A DNA stretch of 64,000 nt from Anaerolineae bacterium (GTDB taxonomy: Bacteria > Chloroflexota > Anaerolineae > JACRMK01), in contig JBBPZQ010000033.1 of the NCBI GenBank assembly GCA_038198935.1, positions 1,484 through 65,483 of the forward strand, in the 5' to 3' direction. The notes beneath the pieces are model-generated. The model was not told where the DNA came from, did not search any database, and was given only the letters and a program-made list of their open reading frames with translations. The translations under genes were made by a program, and so were the position numbers. Below are positions 37,664-47,106 of this stretch, piece after piece. Numbering within the stretch: the first letter of the stretch is position 1; every line of letters starts with the position of its first letter.

Positions 37664-38641
37664 TCATGCATGGATGAACTGCTCAAGCGCTTCACTCGCG
37701 CGCTCCGCTGCATGTTCGTCGGCGTCAAGCCACAAGATTTGCGGGTCGTCAAGCGCGAACCACGCGTACTGACGGCGTACGAAGCGGCGGGTTTCCTTTT
37801 TCGTTTCGCTCACGACGTCTTCGAGTGACCGTGCGCCGTGCAGATGTTGGATCAACTGCCGATAACCGAAGCCGGACAGCGCGGGCAGATTTTCGTCGTA
37901 GCCGCGCGCGAGCAGGTCACGCACCTCGTCGAGTAAACCGTCCCGCATCATCTGATCAACGCGTGCATCTATGCGGCGATACAATTTTTCGCGCGGCAGC
38001 GTCAGTCCGAGTTGTAGAATGCGGTAAGGCGGCGGCGCTTTACGCTGACGCGACGAGATCGGCTGGCCCGTCGTATGATAGACTTCGAGGTAGCGGATCA
38101 CGCGGCGGATGTTGCGCGCATCCACCTTCTGGGCGGCAATCGGGTCCACCTGCTGCAATTGCCGATAGAGAGAATCGCTGCCGTATGTCTGCACTTCGCG
38201 CTCGAGTTGGCCGCGCAATAGAAAGTCCGGAGCGACTTCGGGAATCGTCCAACCTTCCAGCACCGTCTTGACGTACAAGCCCGTGCCGCCGACGAGCAGC
38301 GGCAATTTACCGCGCGCGTGAATGTCGTGAATCTTCTGGTTGGCAAGCTGTTTATATTGCGCGAGCGTGAGCGTTTCGTCGGGATCAACGAGATCAATCA
38401 GGTGATGCGGCACACGCGCGCGGTCGTCGCGCGTCGGCTTCGCCGTGCCAATGTCCATGCAGCGATAAATCTGCCGCGAGTCCGCGCCGATGATTTCACC
38501 AGCAAACTTTTTGGCGAGTGCAATCGAAAGCGCAGTCTTGCCGACGGCAGTGGGCCCCACGACGGCGGCAAGTTTGATTCGGCAGGAATCCTCCCCTGCG
38601 GAGAGGGAGATGGCAGGGTGGGGGTCAACGTTGGACTGCAT
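37664..38641 (-). CDS. miaA: tRNA dimethylallyltransferase
   Basis: P-loop VVGPTAVGKTALSIALA...DSRQIYRCMDIGTAKP. The first about 20 codons (MQSNVDPHPAISLSAGEDS) are encoded by a repeat element, so the true start may be internal. Confidence 0.85.
   Translation of the reverse strand: MQSNVDPHPAISLSAGEDSCRIKLAAVVGPTAVGKTALSIALAKKFAGEIIGADSRQIYRCMDIGTAKPTRDDRARVPHHLIDLVDPDETLTLAQYKQLANQKIHDIHARGKLPLLVGGTGLYVKTVLEGWTIPEVAPDFLLRGQLEREVQTYGSDSLYRQLQQVDPIAAQKVDARNIRRVIRYLEVYHTTGQPISSRQRKAPPPYRILQLGLTLPREKLYRRIDARVDQMMRDGLLDEVRDLLARGYDENLPALSGFGYRQLIQHLHGARSLEDVVSETKKETRRFVRRQYAWFALDDPQILWLDADEHAAERASEALEQFIHA
38590..38625. repeat. short GC-rich element, CCCTCTCC-GGGAGAGGG...CAGGGTG family
   Basis: ctcccctgcggagagggagatggcagggtggggg. 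Resembles 62433-62470 (ccctctcccagcgggagagggcagggtgaggg). Confidence 0.45.
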
Positions 38642-39002
38642 TCTCGATCACGTCCACGCGAAGCAGTTTGCCGCTCCCGTCCATTTCAATCGCCACCACA
38701 TCGATGCGCCAGTCCACATCGTCGAGTGACTGCTCCTGCAAATATGTTTCCGCGATAGCGATCAATTTCTGCTGCTTGCGCGGATGCACGGCGTCTTCGG
38801 GTGAGCCGAAGCGATTGCCGCGCCGCGTCTTGACTTCAATGAACACAAGTGCGTCTGCCTCGCGCGCAATTAAATCCATCTCGCCGGCTTCACAGCGATA
38901 GTTGCTCGCGATGATGCTCATGCCGCGCGACTGCAACTCGCGCACGGCGAGTCGCTCGCCCGCGTTACCGAGCTGCCGCTTGATTGACGGACGCTTGGTC
39001 AT
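38625..39002 (-). CDS. yraN: YraN family (UPF0102) endonuclease
   Basis: GERLAVRELQSRGMSIIASNYRC...MDLIA...VFIEVKTR: the YraN signature. Confidence 0.85.
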   Translation of the reverse strand: MTKRPSIKRQLGNAGERLAVRELQSRGMSIIASNYRCEAGEMDLIAREADALVFIEVKTRRGNRFGSPEDAVHPRKQQKLIAIAETYLQEQSLDDVDWRIDVVAIEMDGSGKLLRVDVIENAVQR

Positions 39003-39684
39003 AGTAATAGCTGGATGGCACGTTGGTTGGTTGGTTAGTACTCTCGACCTCGTGACCTTGCGAGCATGCGACCAACTGGCGAATCGGTGCCCACGATTGA
39101 CGGTGCACGGGCGTGACCCCGAATGCTTGCAGTGCGCGCTGATGCGCTTCGGTTCCGTAACCCTTGTTGCTGTCGAAGCCGTATTGCGGATAGTGCGCGC
39201 TCAACTCGCGCATCATCTGATCGCGCTCGGTCTTGGCGATGATCGAAGCGGCAGCAATGCTGAACGAGTAGGAGTCGCCGCGAATGATCGCCCGCTGCGG
39301 CAGCGGCGACAAGGGCAATGGAAACGCATCGAGCAGCAACGCTTGCGGCGCAACTGACAACGCATTGATCGCGCGGCGCATGGCTTCGTGCGTTGCGCGT
39401 GTCATGCCCCACACATCCAGCTCGCGCACGCTCACAATCCCAATCGCGTGCGTAACGGCGAGCGCGCGAATGAGCGCGGCACAGCCTTCGCGCTGCTCCG
39501 CTGAAAGTTGTTTCGAGTCATCCACATCCGCCAGACAGCGGCGCATCGTGCGCGTCGGCTCTGGCAGAATCACGGCACCCGCGACCAAGGGACCCGCCCA
39601 CGCGCCGCGTCCAACTTCATCCAGCCCCGCGACGAGCCGCAAAGCTTGTTTGCGAAATTTTATTTCCGCCCTGAATGTTGGCAT
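38965..39684 (-). CDS. rnhB: ribonuclease HII
   Basis: VAGLDEVGRGAWAGPLVAGAVIL and DDSKQLS motifs. Confidence 0.9.
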   Translation of the reverse strand: MPTFRAEIKFRKQALRLVAGLDEVGRGAWAGPLVAGAVILPEPTRTMRRCLADVDDSKQLSAEQREGCAALIRALAVTHAIGIVSVRELDVWGMTRATHEAMRRAINALSVAPQALLLDAFPLPLSPLPQRAIIRGDSYSFSIAAASIIAKTERDQMMRELSAHYPQYGFDSNKGYGTEAHQRALQAFGVTPVHRQSWAPIRQLVACSQGHEVESTNQPTNVPSSYYYDQASVNQAAAR

Positions 39685-39702
39685 GTGTCAAAAAGAAAAT
39701 TA

Positions 39703-39760
39703 GGGGAGATTAGAACAAACTAGCGGAAGCGCGCTTCCCTAATCTCCCCTAATGTCCCCT
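39703..39760 (-). terminator. rplS terminator hairpin built from tandem TAATCTCCCC units
   Basis: ggggagattag...ctaatctcccc with inner palindrome ggaagcgcgcttcc. A T-rich run follows on the minus strand. Confidence 0.65.
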
Positions 39761-39788
39761 AATTTCATTGCGTTGGTGGTACGGAGGG

Positions 39789-40181
39789 TTATGATGGCTG
39801 CGCTGTGGTTTCCGGTTCGTCGTAGCGCTTCTCACGCAGGCGCGCTTTCTTGCCGACACGCCCACGCAAGAAGTACAGCTGCGCACGGCGCACTTGGCCG
39901 TGTCGCAGCACCTTAACGTCGTCGAGGCGCGGCGAGTTCGTCACAAACGTGCGCTCGACGCCGACGCCGTGCGCCGCGAGGCGTCGCACCGTGAAGCGCT
40001 GCGTGGGTCCATTGCCGCGCAAGCGCATCACGACACCCTGAAACGGCTGAAGACGCTCGCGGTCGCCTTCGACGATACGATACATCACACGCACCGTGTC
40101 GCCTGGCCGCAGCAAGGGCATCTCGCCGTTGCGGCCGTCTCGCGTCGGCATTTTAGATAGCGAGCGAATAATATCCTGCAT
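39789..40181 (-). CDS. rplS: 50S ribosomal protein L19
   Basis: [25 protein letters not shown]...[18 protein letters not shown]. Confidence 0.92.
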   Translation of the reverse strand: MQDIIRSLSKMPTRDGRNGEMPLLRPGDTVRVMYRIVEGDRERLQPFQGVVMRLRGNGPTQRFTVRRLAAHGVGVERTFVTNSPRLDDVKVLRHGQVRRAQLYFLRGRVGKKARLREKRYDEPETTAQPS

Positions 40182-40297
40182 AGCACACAACCTTTCACAA
40201 TTCAGATTGACAGGAGAACATTATAGTATGGGAACAGGCCATCGGCAAAACGCATTGCATATTCTGTGATGCGTACGTCGTAATCACGTAGCGCGCA

Positions 40298-41044
40298 TCA
40301 GGTATCACGTTCAGCCCAGCCGAGCGTGCTCAGGTATTTTCGATCCTCGTCGCTCAAGGTTGCCGCGCGCAGCAACTCGGGCCGCTGTTCGAGCGTGCGC
40401 CGCAGCGATTCACGTCTGCGCCATTTGCTGATCTCGGCATGGTGCCCCGACACCAGCACGTCGGGTACGCGCCAGCCACGAAATTCGGCGGGGCGCGTGT
40501 AATGCGCGCCTTCGAGCAAACCGTCGGCATGCGAATCGTTCGCAGGCGCATTTGGATCGCCGAGCGCGCCGGGCAGCAGGCGTGTCACCGCGTCCACAAG
40601 CACCATCGCGGGAATCTCGCCGCCAGACAGCACATAATCGCCAATCGAGATTTCATCAGTCGCCAGATGCTCACGCACGCGCTCATCCACGCCTTCGTAG
40701 CGTCCGCAGATCAGCGCAACGCGCGGACGATGTGCGAGTTCGTGCGCAACAGTCTGCGTGAACAAGCGTCCCTGGGGTGTGAGCAGCACGACGGTGCGCG
40801 GCGAGTCTGACACATCGGCGAACACGCTCTCGACTGCCGCGAAGATCGGCTCGGCTTTCATCACCATCCCACCGCCGCCGCCATACGGCACATCGTCGGT
40901 GAGGTGATGTTTGTCCGACGTGAAGGCGCGGACGTCGTGAATGTGGATTTCAACCAATCCCTTGTCGCGTGCACGCTGGATGATGCTGTCGTCGAACGCG
41001 CCGCGAAACATGTCGGGAAAGAGGGTGAAGATGTCGAATCGCAT
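40298..41044 (-). CDS. trmD: tRNA (guanine37-N1)-methyltransferase
   Basis: [13 protein letters not shown]...[14 protein letters not shown]: the SPOUT/TrmD signature. Classic rplS-trmD linkage. Confidence 0.92.
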   Translation of the reverse strand: MRFDIFTLFPDMFRGAFDDSIIQRARDKGLVEIHIHDVRAFTSDKHHLTDDVPYGGGGGMVMKAEPIFAAVESVFADVSDSPRTVVLLTPQGRLFTQTVAHELAHRPRVALICGRYEGVDERVREHLATDEISIGDYVLSGGEIPAMVLVDAVTRLLPGALGDPNAPANDSHADGLLEGAHYTRPAEFRGWRVPDVLVSGHHAEISKWRRRESLRRTLEQRPELLRAATLSDEDRKYLSTLGWAERDT

Positions 41045-41235
41045 GACCTGATTTTACAAGTGTCAGGTCTCAAGTGCCAAGTGTTCAATATCAACTTTAG
41101 CATCGCACATCTACATGTCGGTTGAAACCTGATACGTGGCTGATGGCAATTCGCATAGGCTCTTACTTATGTCCCTTTGTCCCCATCATTCATGTCGCTT
41201 ATAATCGAAACGATATTGAAGTTGAGGAGTGAGTA

Positions 41236-41949
41236 ATGCCCGTGATTGAAGTCGGCGCGCTGCTGACGCTCGGTTTGGTCGCGCTGCTGGACAGCATGCT
41301 GTCGGTGGACAACGCGCTGGTGCTTGCCGTCGTCGTCGAGCATCTGCCCCTGCATCAGCGTGCGCGTGCGCTGCGCTACGGCATCCTGGGCGCGTACCTG
41401 ATGCGCGGATTCAGCATTCTCTTCATCTCCTTTCTCGTGCATTTTTGGCCCCTCAAGCTTGTCGGCGCGCTCTACCTCGTGTGGCTTGGCGGTTCGCATT
41501 TCATGTCGCGCGCGGGGAGCGGTGAGGATGGGCCCAAGAAAAAAGTGGCTGGCTTCTGGCGCACCGTCATTCAAGTCGAATGGCTCGATCTGACATTCTC
41601 GCTCGACAACATCATCGCCACCGTCGCGCTCGCCCCACGTCCCGATCAATTGTGGATCGTGATCACCGGCGTGTGCATTTCTATCCTTGCCATGCGCTTT
41701 GTCGCGGGTCTGTTCCTGAAACTGGTTGACCGCTTTCCAATCTTACGCACGACGGCGTATGTGCTGGTGATATTCATTGGCTTAAAGTTACTGCTCTCGC
41801 TGATCACCGGCTTCGAGCTGCCTGAAGTCGAAACATTCATCCTCATCGTCTTCATCATCGTCGGCTCAATCCTCTACGAGCGCGCTCGAAAAAATTGGGA
41901 CGTCAGGCACGCAGCGCGGCAACCGCAGCCCATTCCCGACGAATCTTGA
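41236..41949 (+). CDS. TerC family integral membrane protein
   Basis: LDSMLSVDNALVLAVV and LTFSLDNIIATVAL: the two TerC repeat motifs. Confidence 0.85.
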   Translation: MPVIEVGALLTLGLVALLDSMLSVDNALVLAVVVEHLPLHQRARALRYGILGAYLMRGFSILFISFLVHFWPLKLVGALYLVWLGGSHFMSRAGSGEDGPKKKVAGFWRTVIQVEWLDLTFSLDNIIATVALAPRPDQLWIVITGVCISILAMRFVAGLFLKLVDRFPILRTTAYVLVIFIGLKLLLSLITGFELPEVETFILIVFIIVGSILYERARKNWDVRHAARQPQPIPDES

Positions 41950-42995
41950 ATACCTCCCGCAGTCCTCTGGTCCTGCCGACACTCACATCGCTGGCACTGC
42001 TGCTCAGTCTCGCGCTGAGCGCGCGCGCGTTCGCGCAGACGCCAGCGCCGCAAGGGGTGATCGAAGGTCAAGCAGTGATTGCCAGCGCCAACTCGAACGC
42101 ACCGCTCGACGCGCTGCCCGCCTCGCTATTCACGTTCATTGACGGTGCTCGCCAAGTGCCACCCGCGACTGCGTTGACGGACGCGCGCGGGCACGTGCGC
42201 TTCGTGAATCTGAACACGACCAGCCACTTCACCTACACGCTGTTCATCAAGTTTCAGGATACGATTTACGGCAGCGGCGCGATCTCGTTCGCGAGCGGCC
42301 GCAACGTCGCAGAAGCCACCGTGAAAGTCTTCGATGTGACGAGCGATCAGCGTGCGCTGCGTGTGGACCAACATCATCTCATCATTGATGTTGACGAGAC
42401 CGCGCACGCGCTGGACGTGCTCGAATTTTATCAGCTGACCAACACGGGCGACCGCGCCATCGTCGGCGCGACGGAGCCGAGCGCAAGCAACAAGCGCGTC
42501 TCGTTCCGCGCGCCGATTCCGCCAGACGCGCAAGTGCAAACCATCGAAGAGCGCACGCCGAACACAAACATCTTCCAAGCAAATAACGAACTGCTCGATA
42601 CCGTGCCGATCGCACCCGGTCCCGCCGAACTCGTCTTTGAATATCGCGTGCCCTATCAACGCGCGACAATTGCGCTGGCTCTGACCTCGCCATATTCAGT
42701 GACGATGCTGAACGTGTTGGTTGCGCCGAACGTGAGAGTGCGCAGTCCGCGCCTGACGTTCCAGCAAAACGTGGATGCGAATGGTCGTTCGTTCCAGCAC
42801 TACAGCGCACGCGACCTGCCGCCGAACACGAGCATCGCTATCGAGTTGAACAACTTGCCCGCACCGCTCATTCCCCTCGACGTGCTGCAATGGCTACCGC
42901 TCGCCGCAGTCAGCGTCGCGCTCGCCGTCGCGCTGTTCGTTGCCTATCGCAGGACCCCCGATCATGCCGCTCCGCGCCGGCAAACTCCCGCCTGA
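41946..42995 (+). CDS. secreted protein with signal peptide and C-terminal membrane anchor
   Basis: TTG start overlaps the TerC stop (TTGA). Signal peptide LVLPTLTSLALLLSLALSARAFAQT. C-terminal TM LQWLPLAAVSVALAVALFVAY. No family recognised. Confidence 0.5.
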   Translation: MNTSRSPLVLPTLTSLALLLSLALSARAFAQTPAPQGVIEGQAVIASANSNAPLDALPASLFTFIDGARQVPPATALTDARGHVRFVNLNTTSHFTYTLFIKFQDTIYGSGAISFASGRNVAEATVKVFDVTSDQRALRVDQHHLIIDVDETAHALDVLEFYQLTNTGDRAIVGATEPSASNKRVSFRAPIPPDAQVQTIEERTPNTNIFQANNELLDTVPIAPGPAELVFEYRVPYQRATIALALTSPYSVTMLNVLVAPNVRVRSPRLTFQQNVDANGRSFQHYSARDLPPNTSIAIELNNLPAPLIPLDVLQWLPLAAVSVALAVALFVAYRRTPDHAAPRRQTPA

Positions 42996-43956
42996 ATTAC
43001 TGCGCTCGATTATCGCGCGCGTGCCGGCGCTCGATCTGCGCGTGCTGGTGGGACCCGCCGTCGGGCGCGATGCGGCGGTCATCGAGCTGGCGGATCGCTA
43101 TCTCGTCGTCAAGACTGATCCGATCTCGTTCGCCACCGACGAGATCGGCTGGTACGTCGTGCAGGTCAACGCCAACGACATCGCCTGCATGGGCGCGCGC
43201 CCGCTCTGGTTCATGCTCACTAGTTTGCTGCCCGCAGGCTGCGACGCATCATTGCCGCAAACGATTGCCGCGCAGGTGATCGAGGCGTGTTCGGCGCAAG
43301 GCATCGCGTTCGTCGGTGGGCATACGGAAGTCACCATAGGCTTGGATCGTCCCATCGTGTGCGGTACGATGATCGGCGAAGCGGCGCGCGACGAACTGAT
43401 CGCGCCGGGGCGCGCGAAAATTGGCGACTTGATTTTGCTGACCAAAGGCGTGCCGCTTGAAGGTGCGGCGCTCATCGCGCGCGAAATGGAAAGTGAATTG
43501 ATAGCGCGCGGCATTGATCGCCAACTGATTCAGCGGGCGAAAAACTTGTTGCGCGAGCCGGGCATTAGCATAACCCGCGAGGCGCGCATCGCTGCACGCG
43601 CCCACGCAAGCGCGTTGCACGACCCCACCGAGGGCGGCTTGGCAACGGCGCTGTGGGAACTGTGTGAGGCCAATCAACTGGGCGCGCACATCGAACGCGC
43701 CGCGATTCCGATTCTGCCCGACGCGTCAAGACTTTGCGATGCGCTCGCACTCGATCCGCTTGGCACGATTGCGTCGGGCGCGCTGCTGATTGCGATTGCG
43801 CCAGCGCGCGCGGATGCGCTGCAAGCCGAAATCTCTCGCGTCGGTATTGCGTGCGCGCGTATTGGGCAGTTCGTCGCAACCGAGCGTGGCGTGCTGCTCG
43901 ACGGCATACCGATGGCGCGCTTCGTTGCGGACGAGATCACAAAAATATTTGCGTGA
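42964..43956 (+). CDS. AIR synthase-related (PurM-like fold) protein
   Basis: MPLRAGKLPPELLRSII N-terminus. PurM-like N- and C-domains (GPAVGRDAAVI...DIACMGARPLWF...GGHTEV...). Exact function (HypE/ThiL/SelD-like) not resolvable. Confidence 0.65.
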   Translation: MPLRAGKLPPELLRSIIARVPALDLRVLVGPAVGRDAAVIELADRYLVVKTDPISFATDEIGWYVVQVNANDIACMGARPLWFMLTSLLPAGCDASLPQTIAAQVIEACSAQGIAFVGGHTEVTIGLDRPIVCGTMIGEAARDELIAPGRAKIGDLILLTKGVPLEGAALIAREMESELIARGIDRQLIQRAKNLLREPGISITREARIAARAHASALHDPTEGGLATALWELCEANQLGAHIERAAIPILPDASRLCDALALDPLGTIASGALLIAIAPARADALQAEISRVGIACARIGQFVATERGVLLDGIPMARFVADEITKIFA

Positions 43957-44047
43957 GCCGGTCTGACTGCACAAGGGTTTGCTGAAAAAAATATCGCGCA
44001 CAGCATGTGCCTGTGCGCGATCCGAACTTTCAGTGCGCCGCAGCGCG

Positions 44048-44716
44048 TTATGCTTGAGCTTGTTGACCCAGCGCATTGAATGCGAATTGCAGCGCCTGCG
44101 CGCTCGTGTTCGCATCCAGTCCGGTGCGCTCCGCTAATTCGTGCGATAGTCCAGCGTTGTGCAGCAGGTCGGTACTTACGCCAGTCGGGCTACCCATGTG
44201 CGTCATGATTTGATTTGTTTGGAACGTGCCGCGCGAGGTCTGGCCCTTGCCGCCCTGCATGTGCGACTGCACCAATTGGGCGATGGCGAAAGCGACGATC
44301 ATTTGCGCGATTCGCGGCGGAATGTTGAAGCGCTGCGCGATCTGTGTGATGATCGGCGCGAGCACGGTGTTAGCGGCGACGCTGCCCAAGCCCGCGCCCA
44401 TCATCGTGCCGAGGATGTCGCCCCAAGGCATGCCGCCTTTTGTGTTGGACGAGGTGCCGCCGCTTGGTGCGGTCGGCGTATGCGACGTACCCGAGGGGTG
44501 TCGGCCGAGTACGCCGCCGAGAATGTCGCCGAGCACATCGCCGCTCGGTTGTGTCGGTGATGGCATCTGTGATGGCATCGGCTGCGAACTGGCCGTACCG
44601 CCTTTCTCATGACTGATCACGCGCGGCGGTAACGAACCTTGCGGCAGTGACTGTTCTGAATTTTGATTCGCTGGCGAACCATTCAGCACGGCGCGAATAA
44701 CGTCGTTAATATCCAT
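44048..44716 (-). CDS. hypothetical Gly/Ser/Thr/Pro-rich protein
   Basis: ATG at 44716 with strong GGGAGGG RBS. Low-complexity middle. The C-terminal region is helical. Confidence 0.55.
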   Translation of the reverse strand: MDINDVIRAVLNGSPANQNSEQSLPQGSLPPRVISHEKGGTASSQPMPSQMPSPTQPSGDVLGDILGGVLGRHPSGTSHTPTAPSGGTSSNTKGGMPWGDILGTMMGAGLGSVAANTVLAPIITQIAQRFNIPPRIAQMIVAFAIAQLVQSHMQGGKGQTSRGTFQTNQIMTHMGSPTGVSTDLLHNAGLSHELAERTGLDANTSAQALQFAFNALGQQAQA

Positions 44717-44866
44717 CGTTCCCTCCCAAGGTGTATTTTGATGTCGGCACATGATATGCAGCAACATCTCCTTTCAGTCTAGCACAGCGCCTTCCAATTT
44801 CACAATGGACGAAGGAAAATGCAATTCGCATTAGCGGCACGATCACCCTTTAACTTTCGATCAGCC

Positions 44867-45136
44867 TTACGTCGCACCTAGCAGCTGCCGCATGAGGTTG
44901 TCGGCATTGCTCGGCGAATCCGTCAGCAGGGCGCGCAGCTCAGGCGCGTGCATGCTGATGCGCTGACACGGTGGGCAGCTAGCGACATGCGTGCTGATGT
45001 GGGCGAGGAGTGCATCCATGACTTGGAGCGCGCTCGTGAATCGGGACTCGGCTTGCTCGGCGCGGGCGAGCAAGGCTTGATTCTCCTCGACCAGTTCGTT
45101 GAACAACTTCTCACTCATGCCAACCAACTTTTTCAT
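44867..45136 (-). CDS. small hypothetical protein (about 89 aa)
   Basis: ATG at 45136 with GAGGT RBS. Coiled-coil N-terminus and a CPPC motif. Confidence 0.4.
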   Translation of the reverse strand: MKKLVGMSEKLFNELVEENQALLARAEQAESRFTSALQVMDALLAHISTHVASCPPCQRISMHAPELRALLTDSPSNADNLMRQLLGAT

Positions 45137-45464
45137 TTCAACCTCTACGCGGTGCAGATGGCAAAACGTATCCGGTCCTACGCGACGTCGCCCAGTTGGT
45201 ACTGATATGGAAATTATACTGTAATCGTGCAAACGACAATAGGACGCTGGCGACAGATCTGTAGGTGCCCACGGAATGCTGTTATCGTCCCTAATCGTAT
45301 TCACGCCGTTCACGATTAGGGCACTCCGACTTGTGATCGGCGCCAGAGTGATGACGATGCAGAAGACTTTGGCCGTAAGTCTTCCGCACCTTGTTGACTG
45401 TCGAAGCTATAAGCAAACGCCCGTCTTACAGCAAATTGAGAATTGCGGGATGTGGTACGCTGAC

Positions 45465-45494
45465 TTAGGCAAGCGACAGGCTGAGTGGTATAAT
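45465..45494 (+). promoter_or_regulatory. putative promoter with extended -10
   Basis: TTAGGC, 18-nt spacer, TGgTATAAT (45486-45494), about 50 nt upstream of the ATG at 45545. Confidence 0.4.
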
Positions 45495-45544
45495 CGCGCC
45501 CTGTATTGAGCACGGCCTGCCACATCATGCACGAGGAGCGATCC

Positions 45545-45940
45545 ATGAGCAATTCTCAGCAGCGTGAAAAAGTCAGAGTCCTGTTAGTAGATCACACACC
45601 AGTAATTCTGGATACGCTGGAGCGCATGCTGTCCGGCTATCCCGAACTTGAAGTGATTGCCGCGGTCACGACCGTAGATGTGGCGTTGGGACGCGCGCAG
45701 GAGCTCGAGCCCGACGTAGTCATGTATGGTTTCAGTATGCGCCTGACGAAGACGGTGGAGGCACTGCCGCAAGTGCGTGACGCATTTCGCGACTGCTTCG
45801 TCGTCGCATCGAGCTTCGAGCCTGACGACGCGGGCAAGCACAAAGCTCTCGCGGCCGGTATGGACGCCTACGTGTCGGGCTTCGAACTGGACACCAAGCT
45901 GCGTCCGCTACTTCAGGAACAGTTCGCCGAAGAGAATTGA
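45545..45940 (+). CDS. stand-alone receiver-like (CheY fold) protein, probably a pseudo-receiver
   Basis: KVRVLLVDH...PDVVMYGFSM...: receiver-domain layout. The second acidic-pocket Asp is His, the phospho-acceptor position aligns to Gly, and no conserved K-P is present. RBS GAGGAG. Confidence 0.6.
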   Translation: MSNSQQREKVRVLLVDHTPVILDTLERMLSGYPELEVIAAVTTVDVALGRAQELEPDVVMYGFSMRLTKTVEALPQVRDAFRDCFVVASSFEPDDAGKHKALAAGMDAYVSGFELDTKLRPLLQEQFAEEN

Positions 45941-46076
45941 GTTGGTTGAACCTCGTGATAGGTGAACCACCCGATGGATAATGGCCCAAGCGCAGACAGT
46001 AATCGAATATGTTGCCGCTCCGGCTGATTAACAACCAAAGAATCCCCTCGCGTTCGGTTTTGACACGACACGTCGT

Positions 46077-47006
46077 ATGGAATTTACACTCACCGCACGA
46101 CCACCCTTCAACTTTCGCTCAGTCGTGAAATCACATGGTTGGTATCAGCTTGCGCCTTTCGCGTGGGATGACGCGAGCGGAACGCTCATGCGCGTCGAGC
46201 GGTTGAACAGCGGTCGCGTGATCGCACTTGCGCTTACGGGTGATATGCATAGCGTGCGCGTGATGAGCGCGGGCCGATTCAGCAAGCGCGAGCAGCAAGA
46301 GATCGCCGACAAGCTGCGCTGGATGTTCATGCTTGACGCCAATCTCGACGGCTTCTACGCGCTCGCCGATGAGGAGCCTCGCCTCGCACACTGCCGCGCG
46401 AATGCGCACGGCCGATTGCTGCGCTCGTCGTCACTGTGGGAAGACGTGGTCAAGGTGATGATGACGACGAACATCCAATGGAGCGGCACGAAGCGATTGG
46501 TCGCGGCGCTGGCCAATCGCTTCGGCGAGGCGTTGGTAGATGATTCCGCGCACCGCGCGTTCCCCATGGCAGAGCCAATTGCGCGCACGCGCGAGAGCAC
46601 GTTGCGCAAACTAGGACTCGGTTACCGTGCGCCGTACTTGCTGCAACTCGCGCGCGACGTCGTGTCGGGCCAATATGATCTGGACGCGTTGAAGGATGAA
46701 ACGCGGCCGACAGACGAGATTCGTCGCGCCCTGATCGCGCTGCCCGGTATTGGACCCTATGCGGCGGCGACACTGCTCGGCATTTTGGGCCGCTATGATT
46801 TCATTGGTGTGGACACTGAAGCGATCAGTGCAGTGTCGAAGGGCTTCTATGAAGGCAAGCCCATCGGCGCGAAGGAGATCGAAGTCGTGTTCGCGCGCTG
46901 GGGCAAGTTCAAATCGCTGGCTTACTGGTTCTGGGATTGGGACGGTCAGCAGCAAGCGCCGATGGAGGCGTATGAGAATCGGCTGATTGCCAATGTTGTA
47001 AAGTGA
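46077..47006 (+). CDS. HhH-GPD superfamily DNA glycosylase (AlkA-like 3-methyladenine glycosylase)
   Basis: LPGIGPYAAATLL helix-hairpin-helix followed by a catalytic Asp (GVDTEA). N-terminal AlkA-like domain. Confidence 0.75.
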   Translation: MEFTLTARPPFNFRSVVKSHGWYQLAPFAWDDASGTLMRVERLNSGRVIALALTGDMHSVRVMSAGRFSKREQQEIADKLRWMFMLDANLDGFYALADEEPRLAHCRANAHGRLLRSSSLWEDVVKVMMTTNIQWSGTKRLVAALANRFGEALVDDSAHRAFPMAEPIARTRESTLRKLGLGYRAPYLLQLARDVVSGQYDLDALKDETRPTDEIRRALIALPGIGPYAAATLLGILGRYDFIGVDTEAISAVSKGFYEGKPIGAKEIEVVFARWGKFKSLAYWFWDWDGQQQAPMEAYENRLIANVVK

Positions 47007-47106
47007 ATGTGGACAAGCGCATGAGGTCTTCCCATGTGCTTATTCTTTCGGTTCTGGATGTGTTACAATTTTTTCAACAGATCACATTCGTCTTGGAGGC
47101 AGTCAC

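Noticed and set aside
41045-41235. yybP-ykoY (Mn) riboswitch expected upstream of a TerC gene
   Set aside because: I could not find the conserved riboswitch core motifs by eye. Only a plain RBS and tandem caagtg repeats are visible. This needs a covariance-model scan before claiming.
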